Made by a program: the position numbers and the translations under genes. The notes under the pieces were generated by a model. It made no database searches. It was not told the origin of the DNA and saw only the letters and a list, made by a program, of their open reading frames with translations. 64,000 bases of DNA. It comes from an uncultured Verrucomicrobiae bacterium (GTDB lineage Bacteria; Verrucomicrobiota; Verrucomicrobiia; Chthoniobacterales; Chthoniobacteraceae). Positions within the stretch are counted from its first letter, which is position 1; each line of letters begins with the position of its first letter. Below are positions 21,898 to 34,689 of this stretch, in pieces. The DNA lies in the NCBI GenBank assembly GCA_963828525.1, contig CAWHEP010000008.1, positions 320,001 to 384,000 of the forward strand, read 5' to 3'.

Positions 21898-24876
21898 CTA
21901 GTCAGCGTAATTGGTGCTCCCGAGCCGATGCACCCGCATCACTTCATTCCCGCGCGGATCGATGACTTTCACGGCCACCGTCTGCCGCTCGCCGGGTTTG
22001 AAAGGCAAGCTCACGGTGCCGCTGAGTTTGTCGAACGCTCCTTCCTCAATGCTGCCTTTCAGTGCGCGGGCGAGTTTCTCCCATGCGCTCTTGTCGGGGA
22101 AGAATGCCTGGCAGATGCAGAAGACCTTGCCGTCGTAATCCGTGTCCAGGAACCACGCGGCAACCTTGCCGGCGTTCGTTGCCTCGATACTGTTCTTCAC
22201 CGGGTCGTAGATGTCCACGCCTTCCATGTGGATCTGCCATTCGTCGCCGCCCGCAGGGCTCAAGGCGCGTGCGGGGCTGGCCGAAGACGGTGAAAATCTG
22301 CGCGCTCACCTGCGTCTTCTTCAGCAGGTCGCCCATCGTCACGTCGGGGCGGATTTGCGCCATGTGGACGCGCAGGTCGTTCTCCGTTTCGTTGTGAACC
22401 TGGATTTCCTCCTGCGCCATCGCGTCGAAGGAAAACGCGGCCATGACCAGATCGTCGTAGCCGCGTTTGTAGCAATGCCGGATGGCCTGCTCCACGAGAT
22501 GCCGCGGCACACTGCCCAACTCCGGGCCGATGACCACGGCCGAGCTTGCGCGTCTCGCCGTTCACGATCTCGCCCTCCGCATGCAGAAAGCCGCTCTCGA
22601 TCCGTGCAGGCGCTCGATCTTCACATACTTGTTGCCGAGGAAAGTGATGCCGTCGTGCCGCAGCAGGTCGAGCATCCGGTCGATGTGCGAACTGGCGTTG
22701 CCGGACGCCACAGCCTTCTCGTCTGCCGCGAAAGTCTCCAGCTCCTCAGGCGCGCCGCCGATGGGCGTCTCCGGTTCCGGGCCGTTCTCCGGCGGGCGGA
22801 TGCTCTCGACGGTGAAGGGGCCGCTTACGCGCACCACACCGGGGACCTTCTCGGGCATGTCCACGAGTTCTTCCTGTTCAGCGTTGGCCTCAATGCACTC
22901 GTTCACCTCGTCCATCTTCGCCCGCCATGCGGCGCGGTAGGCGGTCAGCGCAGCTTGCAGCGGCTGCGGCCAGTCGGGGTCGGTGTCGAAAGGCACTTCC
23001 CATTCCTGCCATTGAGTCGCCCGCGCCGACGCAAAGGCGCGAAGGTCGGCGACTTGTTTGGCGGTGGGGCCGCCTTTGGCCGACTGGAAAAGCTGCGGGT
23101 CGGTGCCGGGCAGAATCCAGCGGCGTTCGTCGGCATCCGTCACGGAGCGCGCGCTTTCGCGGAGCTTCGCGAGGAGTTTGCCGGCGAGCTTCCGCCTCAG
23201 TTCGTCCCCTTCGCGGCTTTGCGACTTCGCGTGAGCCTCCAGCGCGGCGTTCAGCGCGGCGAGGCGCTCGGCGAGGATGGGCTCGTGCCGGGCAAAGATC
23301 GGGTCCAGCCCATTGTTTTGGGCGATCGATTTGAGGGTGATGTGCGGGACGGTCTTGTAGGTAGAAGCCGTGCCGCGGGTTCAGCGGCTGGTTCGGGTCC
23401 ACGCCGGCTTGCGGGTCGCGGGTCTTGTAGGTCTCGAAGCAGGCGGTGAGCAACCGCTGCCGGGCGATGGCCGCGGCCACGCGCGAACTATCCACCGTGA
23501 TCCACCGCCGTCCCCACTGCTCGGCCACAAACGCCGTCGTCCCACTCCCGCACGTCGGGTCCAGCACCAGGTCGCCGGGGTCGGTGGTCATCAACATGCA
23601 GCGCTGGATAATCTTTGTCGCCGTTTGGACGACATACACGCGGTCGCTCGCGCCGCCCGTGTCCTCCCAAACATTAGTTAAAGCCGATTGCCCAAAATCT
23701 GTTTTGAAGCGCCGGTATCGACATCACCGTCGCTGCAACCCGAACACGTTCTGCTTTGAGCAATCGACCGACGCCCTTCTCATTGGTCTTCCAACTATTT
23801 CCTGCGCCTGGACGAAAGACACGGCCCGCATATTGGACCTCGAATTGCTGTGTTCTTGAAAACACCGCCACCCGTTAGGTCTGCGCTAAACTCCGCGTCG
23901 TCTTCAGCTTGGATTTCGCTGAATAGATGCCGATATTTTGCGACGTGAACATCCTTCGCGAAGAACAGCACATAGTCGCAAATCGACTCTAGCATGTCGC
24001 CCTTCTGATTCGCCTTCTTCTTCACCGTGATCGAGGTGACGAAGTTCTCCGCGCCCGAATACTTCATCGATCACCGCGCGAACACGGTGGAGATTTTCAT
24101 CGCTAATCTGGACGAAGATGGAGCCGGAGTCGGTGAGGAGTTCGCGGGCGAGGATGAAGCGCTGCTTGAGGTAGGCGAGGTAGGAGTGGACGCCGAGGGT
24201 CCAGGTGTCGCGGTAGGCGCGGATCATCTCCGGCTCGCGGGTGAGGTCCTCGTCCTTGTCCTTCACGTCGCGCTTGCCCACCTCGTTCTGCCAGTTGGAG
24301 GAGAATTTGATGCCGTAGGGCGGGTCGAGGTAGATCATCTGCACCTGCCCGGCGAGGCCCTCGCGGCGGGCGAGCGAGGTCATTACCTGGAGGCTGTCGC
24401 CGAGGATGAGGCGGTTCGCCCAGTCCACGTCGTATTGGTAATACGCGCGGGCTTCGCGGGCCGGGAGCTTTGGCTCGGCAAAGAAATCGCGCTGCACGTC
24501 CTCGCGCCGCACCGCGCGCAGGATGGCCTGCGCGGAGACGCGCTCGTGCAGGTGCAACGCCACGGGCTCGACCTCGAAGTGCGGCTGCTCGCGCTTGCCC
24601 GCCCACTCCAGCCACGGCTGCTCGCTCTCCAGATGCGCGGCGAGTTCGGCGGCTTCGTCCTTCGTGAGCTGGGTGCGCGTGGCCTTCTCCAGCAGCTCTC
24701 GGCAGCGGGCGATGCGCTTCATTGAACCGCAGCACCGGCGTCCGGTGCGGGTCGTAGGCAAACTTCACCTTCGGCTCCTCCGCCACGCGATCGCCCGGCG
24801 GACTGCCAGCGGGCGGCAGATTCTTACGCTTCGCGTCAGCGTACTCGAAATCGGTGATGGGGGTAGCGTCAGGCAT
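21898..24876 (-). CDS. Type III restriction-modification DNA methyltransferase (Mod), frameshifted
   Basis: [78 protein letters not shown] and [11 protein letters not shown]. Motif IV precedes motif I (beta-class amino-MTase). Confidence 0.9.
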
Positions 24877-24894
24877 GGCCGGATATGGATGGAC

Positions 24895-27128
24895 CTAGCG
24901 CGAATGAGCGAAGAGCGTCGTCCGGGAATTTGCAGGCGTATAAATCACCGGCCACCAGAACGGACAATCCCGCCAATCCTGCGCAGAGGCGCCATTCTGC
25001 CGGATGAGGATAAGAACAGGCAAGTCTTGAGCGGCCTGCTTGGCGATGACTCCTTCGGTCCGCGTGGTGTCTGGAGCGTCCGCAAAGTCCGCATGCGAAG
25101 TCGATTTCACGGTGCGGGTGAGATTGCGGCCGGTGCGCACGAGGAGTAAGACATTGCCCCGTTTTTGGGTGTCCTGGCAGGACTCGCTCAGGTGTCGAAG
25201 AATTGCCTTATACTCGGGCGCATCCCAACGGTCCTCGTATCCTGGCGCGAAATCGACGAACGTCGGCCCCAGGCGGTCGATGAGGTCGAGCGCCTCGGCC
25301 AACGGCACTTCAAACGGCGGGGGCGCTTCGCCGTCTTTTGGGAACGGGCCGAGCGATTTGAGTTTGGCGTCGATACCTTCGGTAATGGGCAGCAATCGCG
25401 TCTTGTAATCCGTCTGAAAACCGACCGGCAGAATGCGCCGTTGAGGACGAAGGGTCGTGATATTGGAGGCGAGAATCTTCGCCGGACTGCACGGGACAAT
25501 CACGCCCATCTGGTCGAGTTCGATGAACGTGACGTTTTGGTCGCCTCCCTGAGCGTCGATTCGCTCCCGCAGGGCCGAGTCTGCTTCGTGCATCCGCTCC
25601 ATCGCCCGATAGATGTGCGGAGCCGTGTAGAAGCGGGTGACAGCGCGTCCTCCGGTGGCCGGAACCCATACATGCGGGAGTGCTGAAGCACCGTATCCTG
25701 TTGGAAGCGTTGCGGGTCGCGGCCGTAAAAGAAGCCGATGAGATTCGCGATGGTGATTCCCCGGTCAAGAATCTGGCCGCCGATGAAAATGTTCAGCGGT
25801 GTGCGCAAGCGAAGCTGGCCCTCATCGTCGAGCAACGAGCTGACCTGCGCCTCGGAGTTGACCTTGGTAATCATCAGCTCACCGCCAGTGAGAGCGATGA
25901 GCACCCGCTCCCACACTTCGTCGAACGCCGGCAGCGGCTGCTGGGCAGCGAGGATGGAGCGCGAGAGGTCATTGTAGGCGTCACGCACTAACGTCCGTAG
26001 CAGCTCGGACTTCTTCTTGGCTTCTTCTTGGAGGGTCTCATCGAAGCGAACTACGATGCTTTCCTGCCAAGAGTGCGCGCCCTTTCCGGCTTGGGTGTGA
26101 AACAAAAAGGCAAAGCGCTTCGGCCGAACTTGAGCCTGCTCATCCTGGATTCTGCGGACGCAGCCACCGACGATAAAGTTGAGCAGGGCGGAACGAAGGC
26201 CGCCGACCTTGTCGCTGGTCAAGCACTCCTCAATTTTGAACCGGCGACGGTCCTCAGCTCGCACCACAGACAGTTCGTCGGCTGAGACAGGCCTGAAGAT
26301 AAATGCCGCGGGGTCCTGCTGACTCTTACTTTCCTCAAAGTAGAATCTGCCACCGACGTATGCGGTATGGACGGGAACAAGTTCGGTGAACTTGGGACGC
26401 ACGGGTGCAAGATTCATCCCAGGGAGTGGTGAGTCTTCGGGCTGGAGATAGAGCGAGTAAGGCGTCGCAGTCACCTGAAGGAATGATGACGATGCCAGGT
26501 CGCGGCGCAGCCCATCGACCTGGCTGGCAATCGTGCGGAGTTGGAGTCCAATATTCTTGTCGTCCACGTAGCCGATGCTCGCGTTGTCGGCCTCGTCATC
26601 CACGATGAGGATGCGCTTGCGTGCCAGATGCGGGTAGGTGCGGAGCAACGCTTCTGCGAGGCGCTCCAGATTGTCGGTCTGTTTTTTGACGACGAATATG
26701 AGCTTCTGGTTCAGCTCGAACTGGGTCAGGCGCTCTGGAATCTCAAGGATGTCATAGACCTTTGCCTGGTCCCCCTCGATGAAATCGGCGAATTCCTTGG
26801 TCACCCGCTTATATGTTTGTTTTGCGAGTGCCTTGGTCGGCTTCGTCAGAATGACCGCGATGTCATAGTCATTATCGAAGGCGAGGGCGATAATGCCCAG
26901 GAACGTCTTGGTTTTGCCGGACTGAATTTTGCCCAGAAGCATCCCCGGCTTGCTCGCCGTTGTCTGCTCCGAGCGCAGTTTTTCCACGGTGCGTTGAATG
27001 CAGCCCTGCTCATCGGGGCCATAAACGGGAACGCCGTCGCGCATCTTCTGGCGGAATCCGCGGTAAAAGACGCCGTTCAGGTCGAGGGAGGTGGAGGCGG
27101 TTTGGGGAGCAGTGGTGGTGGCGGTCAT
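24895..27128 (-). CDS. Z1-domain SF2-helicase-like ATPase, ~740 aa, one frameshift near 25640
   Basis: GKIQSGKT, IVDDEADNAS, VTATPY and IFIGGQILDRGITIANLIGFFYGR...DTVLQHSRMYGFR (Z1 signature). Confidence 0.82.
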
Positions 27129-27202
27129 ATGTGGAGTTCCTTTTCTTTTGACCCATCTTGCCCATTTTTACATGCGCTTGCACCCTACATTTTGGCATGA
27201 TA

Positions 27203-27219
27203 CATGCGCATTCCGCATG
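27203..27219. promoter_or_regulatory. Inverted repeat CATGCG-N5-CGCATG containing a LysR T-N11-A box
   Basis: Perfect 6-bp arms overlapping the LysR start codon, in the short divergent intergenic region. Confidence 0.55.
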
Positions 27220-28146
27220 TTTGAGGAGCTTTTCACAGAAGAGGGCCTTTCTTTGGAGAGGCTCAATGCCCTGATCCAACTCAGTGACGCTGGCAGTCTC
27301 TTAAGAGCTGCCGGAGATGATAAGGGTCGGCAGAGCCGCTACAGTCACTATTTGCGTGAACTGTCGGGGTTTTTTGGCACGAAGCTGACGACGAGAGCAG
27401 GCAAATCCATCCGGCTCACGCCGGCGGGGGAAGAGTTGGTTCGGCTCTCACGCGAGCACTTCCAAGAGTTGCTTCAGTTCCGGCGAGATGCCCGGAGCGA
27501 AGTACAGGAGTTTCGGCTTGGTGCAGGGGACAGCTTGCACCAATGGCTTGTCGTGCCGGTGGTTGGTTCTCTCCGTCGTCCCGGTCGTGCCCTCCGGTTC
27601 GTTTTGGAGGGCCTTCGCACTAACGAGATCGTCGCACGCCTTGATGAGCAGAGAATTGATTTCGGGCTGCTGCGCGCCGATGCCGTGCCCAGGGGGTTGA
27701 AATCTGAACCTGTTTGCGAAATCAAGCACGCCGTCATCGTGCCCGAACGCCTCGTACCACAACGAGGAATGCTGACGCTTAAAAACGCTTTGTTCGATTG
27801 TCCACACGCAGCTTTGGGAAGCGACGGCCAGATGAGCCAGCGGATTCAACAACTCGCTGGAGAGCTGAAAGGTCGGTTCCCTGCCGAATTGGTATGCGAT
27901 TCGTTGACCCACTGCATAGCCGCTGTCCGCAGTGGCTATTTTGCGTCAATCCTCCCACTGAAAGCGTGGCTTCCCGATCCTGATATTCCATGCCATGTGG
28001 TTGAAGACGCCTTGTTGGACTGTCTCGATCAACGGGTCGTGCTGGCTTGGCATCCGCGATTGATCGAAGTGCGAGGCAATGCGGCGAGCGCTATGAAAGA
28101 TAGGCTTGTTTCGGCGCTTGTGGAAAGAGGCGCGGTTACAATCTGA
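27217..28146 (+). CDS. LysR family transcriptional regulator
   Basis: N-terminal HTH (LSLERLNALIQLSDAGSLLRAA...LRELSGFFGTKL...IRLTPAGEEL) followed by a substrate-binding domain (IDFGLLR). Confidence 0.88.
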   Translation: MFEELFTEEGLSLERLNALIQLSDAGSLLRAAGDDKGRQSRYSHYLRELSGFFGTKLTTRAGKSIRLTPAGEELVRLSREHFQELLQFRRDARSEVQEFRLGAGDSLHQWLVVPVVGSLRRPGRALRFVLEGLRTNEIVARLDEQRIDFGLLRADAVPRGLKSEPVCEIKHAVIVPERLVPQRGMLTLKNALFDCPHAALGSDGQMSQRIQQLAGELKGRFPAELVCDSLTHCIAAVRSGYFASILPLKAWLPDPDIPCHVVEDALLDCLDQRVVLAWHPRLIEVRGNAASAMKDRLVSALVERGAVTI

Positions 28147-28183
28147 CACTCTAATATATCGAGGTTCCAGTTACCTACTATGT

Positions 28184-28910
28184 TTACTTCGTCCGAGGTT
28201 TCCCGACCCGTAGCACGTCGAGGGTGCAGCCTGCGCCGTTGTCGAAGGGTGTGACGCGAGCTTCGATTTCGACGACGGGGTGACGGACGGTTTCGAGGCC
28301 GAAGCGGCGGTAGGTTTGGGCGAAGATTTCGCATTCGATAATGCCGGTGTAGTCGCAGATCGTGATGAACTTCATCTGGTCGCCGGTGACTTGATGGTGG
28401 GAGCGGTCGGCGATGATGAGGCCGCAGACGGAGACGCGCTCGCCAGGGTAACGGGCGAGGTCGCGGATGGGGCAATAGGTGTCCCAGGCGACATCGGGGA
28501 ATTGTTCGAGCGGGTGGCCGGAGACCGTGAAGCTGAGGAGTTCGCTTTCGTCGCGCAAGCGCTGGGCGCGATCGGGTTCCGTGAGCGGCACTTCGGGAAG
28601 GCGGACGCGCTCGTCGCTTTGGAAGAGGTAGCCTTGAGCGTGGGGCCACTGCGCGATGTGCTGAAGGTGCCAGAACTGTGCGGTGCGCGGTTCGCCGAAG
28701 CCATCGAAAGCGCCGGCGCGGATGAGGTTCAGCATTTCGGCGCCGGTCGGACGCGTGCGCTCGTAGAAATCGCGTAGGCTGGCGAACGGCGCGCGGGCAC
28801 GCTCGATCTTGTAGCGTTCGAGGAGCGCGCCGGTAATGCTTTTGATGAAGTGCAACGGGACGCGGATGGCGCGCGGGTGCTCGGCGTCGGGAGCGAAGTT
28901 CCAGCGCGCG
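28184..28910 (-). pseudogene. C-terminal fragment of a DNA polymerase III alpha-like (DnaE2-type) gene
   Basis: IRVPLHFIKSI, PFASLRDFYER, NLIRAGAFDGFG, ESELLSFTVSGHPL and an OB fold (MKFITICDYTGIIECEIF). The 5' part is missing. Confidence 0.8.
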
Positions 28911-29090
28911 ACTTACCGGGCCGTGGCGGGTGATCTCAAGCTCGCCTACGCCCAGTTTGAGGAATTGGAAACCTTCGCCCGCTTTGGTGCGCGTCTCGAC
29001 GACGACACGCGCCAGATCATCGAGCACGGAAACGCATCCGCGCCTGTCTCAAGCAGCCGCAGTTTACGCCCGTCTCCGTCCCCGCGCAGA
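28902..29090 (+). repeat. ~190-bp internal atpA fragment, a diverged copy of 38222..38411
   Basis: Direct comparison shows 8 substitutions (7 synonymous) in the first half; the second half is identical except for one G indel. Confidence 0.92.
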
Positions 29091-29518
29091 CTGGGGCAGC
29101 CGCAGAAGCGGTGGCGGAAGTCATCACCGAGCTGCCACGCGGACACGACGAACTAATCCTCCTCGTGGATGACGAGACAGCGGTGTGCGAGATCACCAAG
29201 CAGACGCTCGAAGCCTTCGGTTATCGCGTGATTCTGTCCGCCAACGGCGTCGAAGCCGTGGCCGTCTATGCTGAGCGCCGCGCGGAAATTGCCGTTGTGA
29301 TTACCGACATGATGATGCCGGTGATGGACGGTCCGACGACCATCCGCATCCTGCGCCAGTTGAACCCGCAGGTTCGCGTGATCGCCGCGAGCGGACTGGC
29401 CGCCCAAGAACACGTTGCGCAAGCCACGAACCTTGGCGTGAAGCATTTCCTGGCTAAACCCTACACCGCTGAAACGCTGCTCAAGATGCTGCGAGAGACG
29501 CTGTCTTCCGAGTCATAG
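29091..29518 (+). pseudogene. Receiver-domain C-terminal fragment of a hybrid histidine kinase
   Basis: ILLVDDE, VITDMMMPVMDG and FLAKPY; collinear with the C-terminus of the kinase at 42213..44879, including the linker ELPRG. Confidence 0.8.
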
Positions 29519-29820
29519 CATTCCCAGTCACGATGATCGCCGAGCCCGACAAAGCTTCAGCCCGCCACCATCGTTCCGCCCAGGAAGTGCTCCCGAGGCA
29601 TGATTTGGGCGACGAAAGGTTTGACGGCGCCGGAGGTGCCAGCGGCGACTCGCGTCGGATAGTGAAGAAGGATAGGTAAAGGACGGCCAGCCACTGGCCG
29701 CATAGCCGCTGGCTATGGAGAGACCTCCGACGAGGTATTGGCCGGCATCGCGGCCAAGCGGTATCGTTCTCTCGGGTGCCATGCGTTCGAACTCGCAGAG
29801 CGTCTGAATTGGTCCATCCT

Positions 29821-32211
29821 ATGAAACCTCGCACCCTCTCTCCCGCCTCTCTGCAAGCGATCCACGCCTACTGGCGCGCGGCCAACTACCTCTCGGTCGG
29901 CCAGATCTATCTTTATGCCAATCCGCTGCTCAGGCGACCGCTGACGCTCGGAGACGTGAAGCACATGCTGCTGGGCCACTGGGGCACGACGCCGGGGCAG
30001 AACTTCATCTACGCGCACCTGAACCGCGCCATTAAGAAGTACGACCTGGACATGATCTATGTCTCGGGGCCTGGTCACGGCGGACCCGCCGTCGTGGGCA
30101 ATACTTATCTCGAAGGAACCTACAGCGAAATTTATCCCGAGATCAGCCAGGATGAGGCCGGGCTGCAAAAGCTCTTTCTCCAGTTCTCGTTTCCAGGTGG
30201 AATTCCGAGTCACGCCTCACCCGAGACGCCTGGCTCGATCCACGAGGGAGGCGAACTGGGCTACTCGCTTAGCCATTCCTTCGGCGCGGTCTTCGACAAT
30301 CCCGAGTTGATCGTCGCGTGCGTCGTGGGCGATGGCGAAGCGGAAACGGGCCCGCTGGCCACCGCCTGGCACTCGAACAAGTTTCTCGATCCGTCGACCG
30401 ACGGCGCGGTGCTTCCGATCCTGCACTTGAATGGCTACAAGATCAGCAACCCGACGATCCTGGCGCGAATCGAGCACGAGGAGTTGGAGCACTTACTCCG
30501 CGGCTATGGCTGGACGCCCTACTTCGTCGAAGGTCATGAGCCGGAGCTGATGCATGAGACCATGGCCGCGACGCTCGACCTCGCGGTGGAGCAGATCAGG
30601 GCGATTCAGCAGGACGCCCGGGTGAACGGCAACGTAACGCGGCCGCGCTGGCCCATGATCGTCCTCAAATCGCCGAAAGGCTGGACCGGCCCGAAGAAGG
30701 TCGACGGGTTGGAGATCGAAGGGACCTTCCGCGCGCATCAGGTCCCGCTTTCGGACCCGGCGACGCACCCGGAACATCTCCAGCTTTTGGAAGACTGGCT
30801 GCGCAGCTACCGGCCGGAAGAGCTCTTTGACGAGCAGGGTCGTCTGAAACCGGAACTCGCCGCGCTCGCGCCCACCGGGACGCGCCGTATGGGCTCGAAT
30901 CCGCGCGCCAACGGCGGCATGCTGTTGCGCGATTTGCGGATGCCGGATTTCCGCGATTACGCGGAGGAAGTCCCGGTGCCGGGCGCCCGCGGAATCGGGG
31001 ACACGCACGTGCTCGGACCTTTCCTGCGCGATGTGGCGAAGCTCAATGACCCGCAGCGAAATTTCAGGGTCTTCGGCCCCGATGAAACGCTCTCCAATGG
31101 CCTGGAGGCTCTTTTCGAGGTAACCACCCGCCAGTGGGACGCCGCCACCGCGGTCAACGACGAGTTCCTCGCGCCCGCCGGACGGGTGATGGAAATGCTC
31201 AGCGAGCACCAATGTGAGGGGTGGCTCGAAGGTTATCTTCTCACCGGTCGGCACGGTGTCTTCAATTGTTACGAGGCCTTTATTCACATCATCGGCTCGA
31301 TGTTCAACCAGCACGCCAAGTGGTTGAAAGTCACCGCGGGCCTCCCGTGGCGTCGCAAAATCTCTTCGCTAAATTACCTGCTCGCCTCGCATGTCTGGCG
31401 CCAGGATCACAATGGCTTCACGCATCAGGATCCGGGCTTCCTCGACCATGTCGTCAACAAAAAGGCCGAAGTCGTGCGGGTCTATTTGCCGCCGGACGCC
31501 AATTGCCTGCTCTCGGTGATGGATCACTGCCTGCGCAGCCGGCATTACGTCAATGTGGTGATTGCGGGGAAACACCCGGCGCCGCAGTGGCTGACCATGG
31601 ACGCAGCCGTCAAGCATTGCACGGAAGGGATCGGTATCTGGCAATGGGCAAGCAACGACCAGGAGGCGGAGCCGGATGTCGTCATGGCCTGCTGCGGCGA
31701 CGTGCCGACGCTGGAGACGCTCGCCGCGGTCTCGATCCTGCGGGAGCATCTGCCGGAGTTGAAGATTCGGGTCGATCAACGTCGTGGATCTCATGAAATT
31801 GCAGCCGCAGAGCCGAGCATCCGCACGGGTTGAGCGATCGAGATTTCGACGGGCTTTTCACGAAGAAAAAGCCGGTGATCTTCGCCTTCCATGCCTATCC
31901 GTGGCTGATTCACCGGCTGACCTATCGGCGCACCAATCACGACAACATCCATGTCCGCGGCTACAAGGAAGAGGGGACGATCACGACGCCGTTCGATATG
32001 ACGGTGATGAACGAGTCTGGACCGTTTCCATCTGGTCATGGACACCATCGACCGCGTTGTCCTCACGGGCGAGCAGGGCGTCTACCTGAAGCAACAGCTT
32101 CAGGACAAGCTCATCGAACACAAGCACTACATCCGCAAGCACGGGGAAGATTTGCCCGAGATTCGGAACTGGAAATGGACAACACCCGAAAGCCTTGCCC
32201 ACGGAAAGTGA
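29821..32211 (+). CDS. xfp: Phosphoketolase (XFP family), frameshifts in the last ~450 nt
   Basis: [64 protein letters not shown] and [14 protein letters not shown]. Confidence 0.93.
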
Positions 32212-32236
32212 GCGCGGAGTCTCGAACGACAAACTA

Positions 32237-32449
32237 ATGGGCAAGAATCATCACCATCATCCTCCAAAGACGGGAGGGAACAACGCTCCACCCAATCATG
32301 GCCCCTACTGGAAGCGCGCTCACACGGATTGGCGCTTCTGGATCGGCGCGCTCCTCATGTTACTGGCGATTTTCGTCTATGTAACCACGATGGATCTGGC
32401 ATGGCGGCCCGGCCACAGTCCGCAACCACCTTTGCCGGCGGCACTTTAA
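32237..32449 (+). CDS. Small single-pass membrane protein with a His-rich N-terminus
   Basis: MGKNHHHHP...YWKRAHTDWRFWIGALLMLLAIFVYV; fills the gap between xfp and the next gene. Confidence 0.55.
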   Translation: MGKNHHHHPPKTGGNNAPPNHGPYWKRAHTDWRFWIGALLMLLAIFVYVTTMDLAWRPGHSPQPPLPAAL

Positions 32450-32475
32450 GGAAAGTCACAACGAGCCAAACAGTT

Positions 32476-32853
32476 ATGAGTATCACACTAGGGGAGAATG
32501 ACAGTGGCAAGTTGTTGGAGGTACAGGTTCCCGAAAAATCGGCCCGCGAGGATTGGCGCGCCTCCTTCCCAAGTTCGAGGAGATGGTGAAGAAGCACGGC
32601 AAGATCCGTGTGTCGTTCGAGATGACGGATTTTCACGGCTGGGAAGCCTGCCGCGCTCTGGGATGACATCAAGTTCGACCTCAAGCATTTCTCCGACGTC
32701 GAGCGGCTGGCTATGGTCGGAGACAAGCAATGGGAGAAACAAATGAGCTCCTTCTGCCGACCGTTCACCACGGCGACAATTCGATGCTTCGATGCCGCGC
32801 AGGTCGAAAAGGCCCGCCGGTGGATCGCGGCGGCCTTAGTGAAGAGCCGGTAA
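32476..32853 (+). CDS. STAS/SEC14 (SpoIIAA-like) domain protein, frameshifted
   Basis: Reading across frames gives KKHGKIRV..EMTDFHGW..ALWDDIKFDLKHFSDVERLAMVGDKQWEKQM..FCRPFTTATIRCFD. Confidence 0.7.
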
Positions 32854-32859
32854 AGTGCA

Positions 32860-34300
<1,441 letters not shown>

Positions 34301-34311
<11 letters not shown>

Positions 34312-34689
34312 ATTCTCCTGCCCTTCGAAGTCTTCGTCGATGAGACCGACGTCACGCGGATCGTCGCGGAGACCGGCGAGGGCTCGTTCGGTCTGCTGCC
34401 GCAGCGGCTCGATTGCGTGGCGGCGCTCACGCCTGGCATCCTCACTTACGAAACCGAAGCCAAAGGCGAGGTATTTCGTCGCCGTGGACGAAGGGGTCCT
34501 GGTGAAAACCGGACCGGATGTCCTCGTCTCCGTCCGCCGCGCAATCGGCGGACGGATCTCGGTCAACTGCGCGCATCGGTGGAGAAGGAATTTCTAACGC
34601 TGGATGAACAGGAGCAGAAGCGTACGCTCGTGATGGCCAAGATGGAAAGCGGATTTCTGCGTCGCTTCGCCACTTTTCGACATGAGTGA
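34301..34689 (+). CDS. atpC: N-ATPase epsilon subunit, frameshifted
   Basis: GSFGLLPQRLDCVAALTPGIL, AVDEGVLVKTG and MAKMESGFLRRF; second gene of the operon. Confidence 0.82.

Noticed and set aside
21898..24876. Phase-variable simple-sequence repeat in mod (phasevarion)
   Set aside because: No tandem repeat tract is visible; the frameshifts are scattered single indels like those in neighbouring genes.
29519..29820. Riboswitch or ncRNA upstream of xfp
   Set aside because: Only short GC-rich hairpins; no known riboswitch consensus was recognised.
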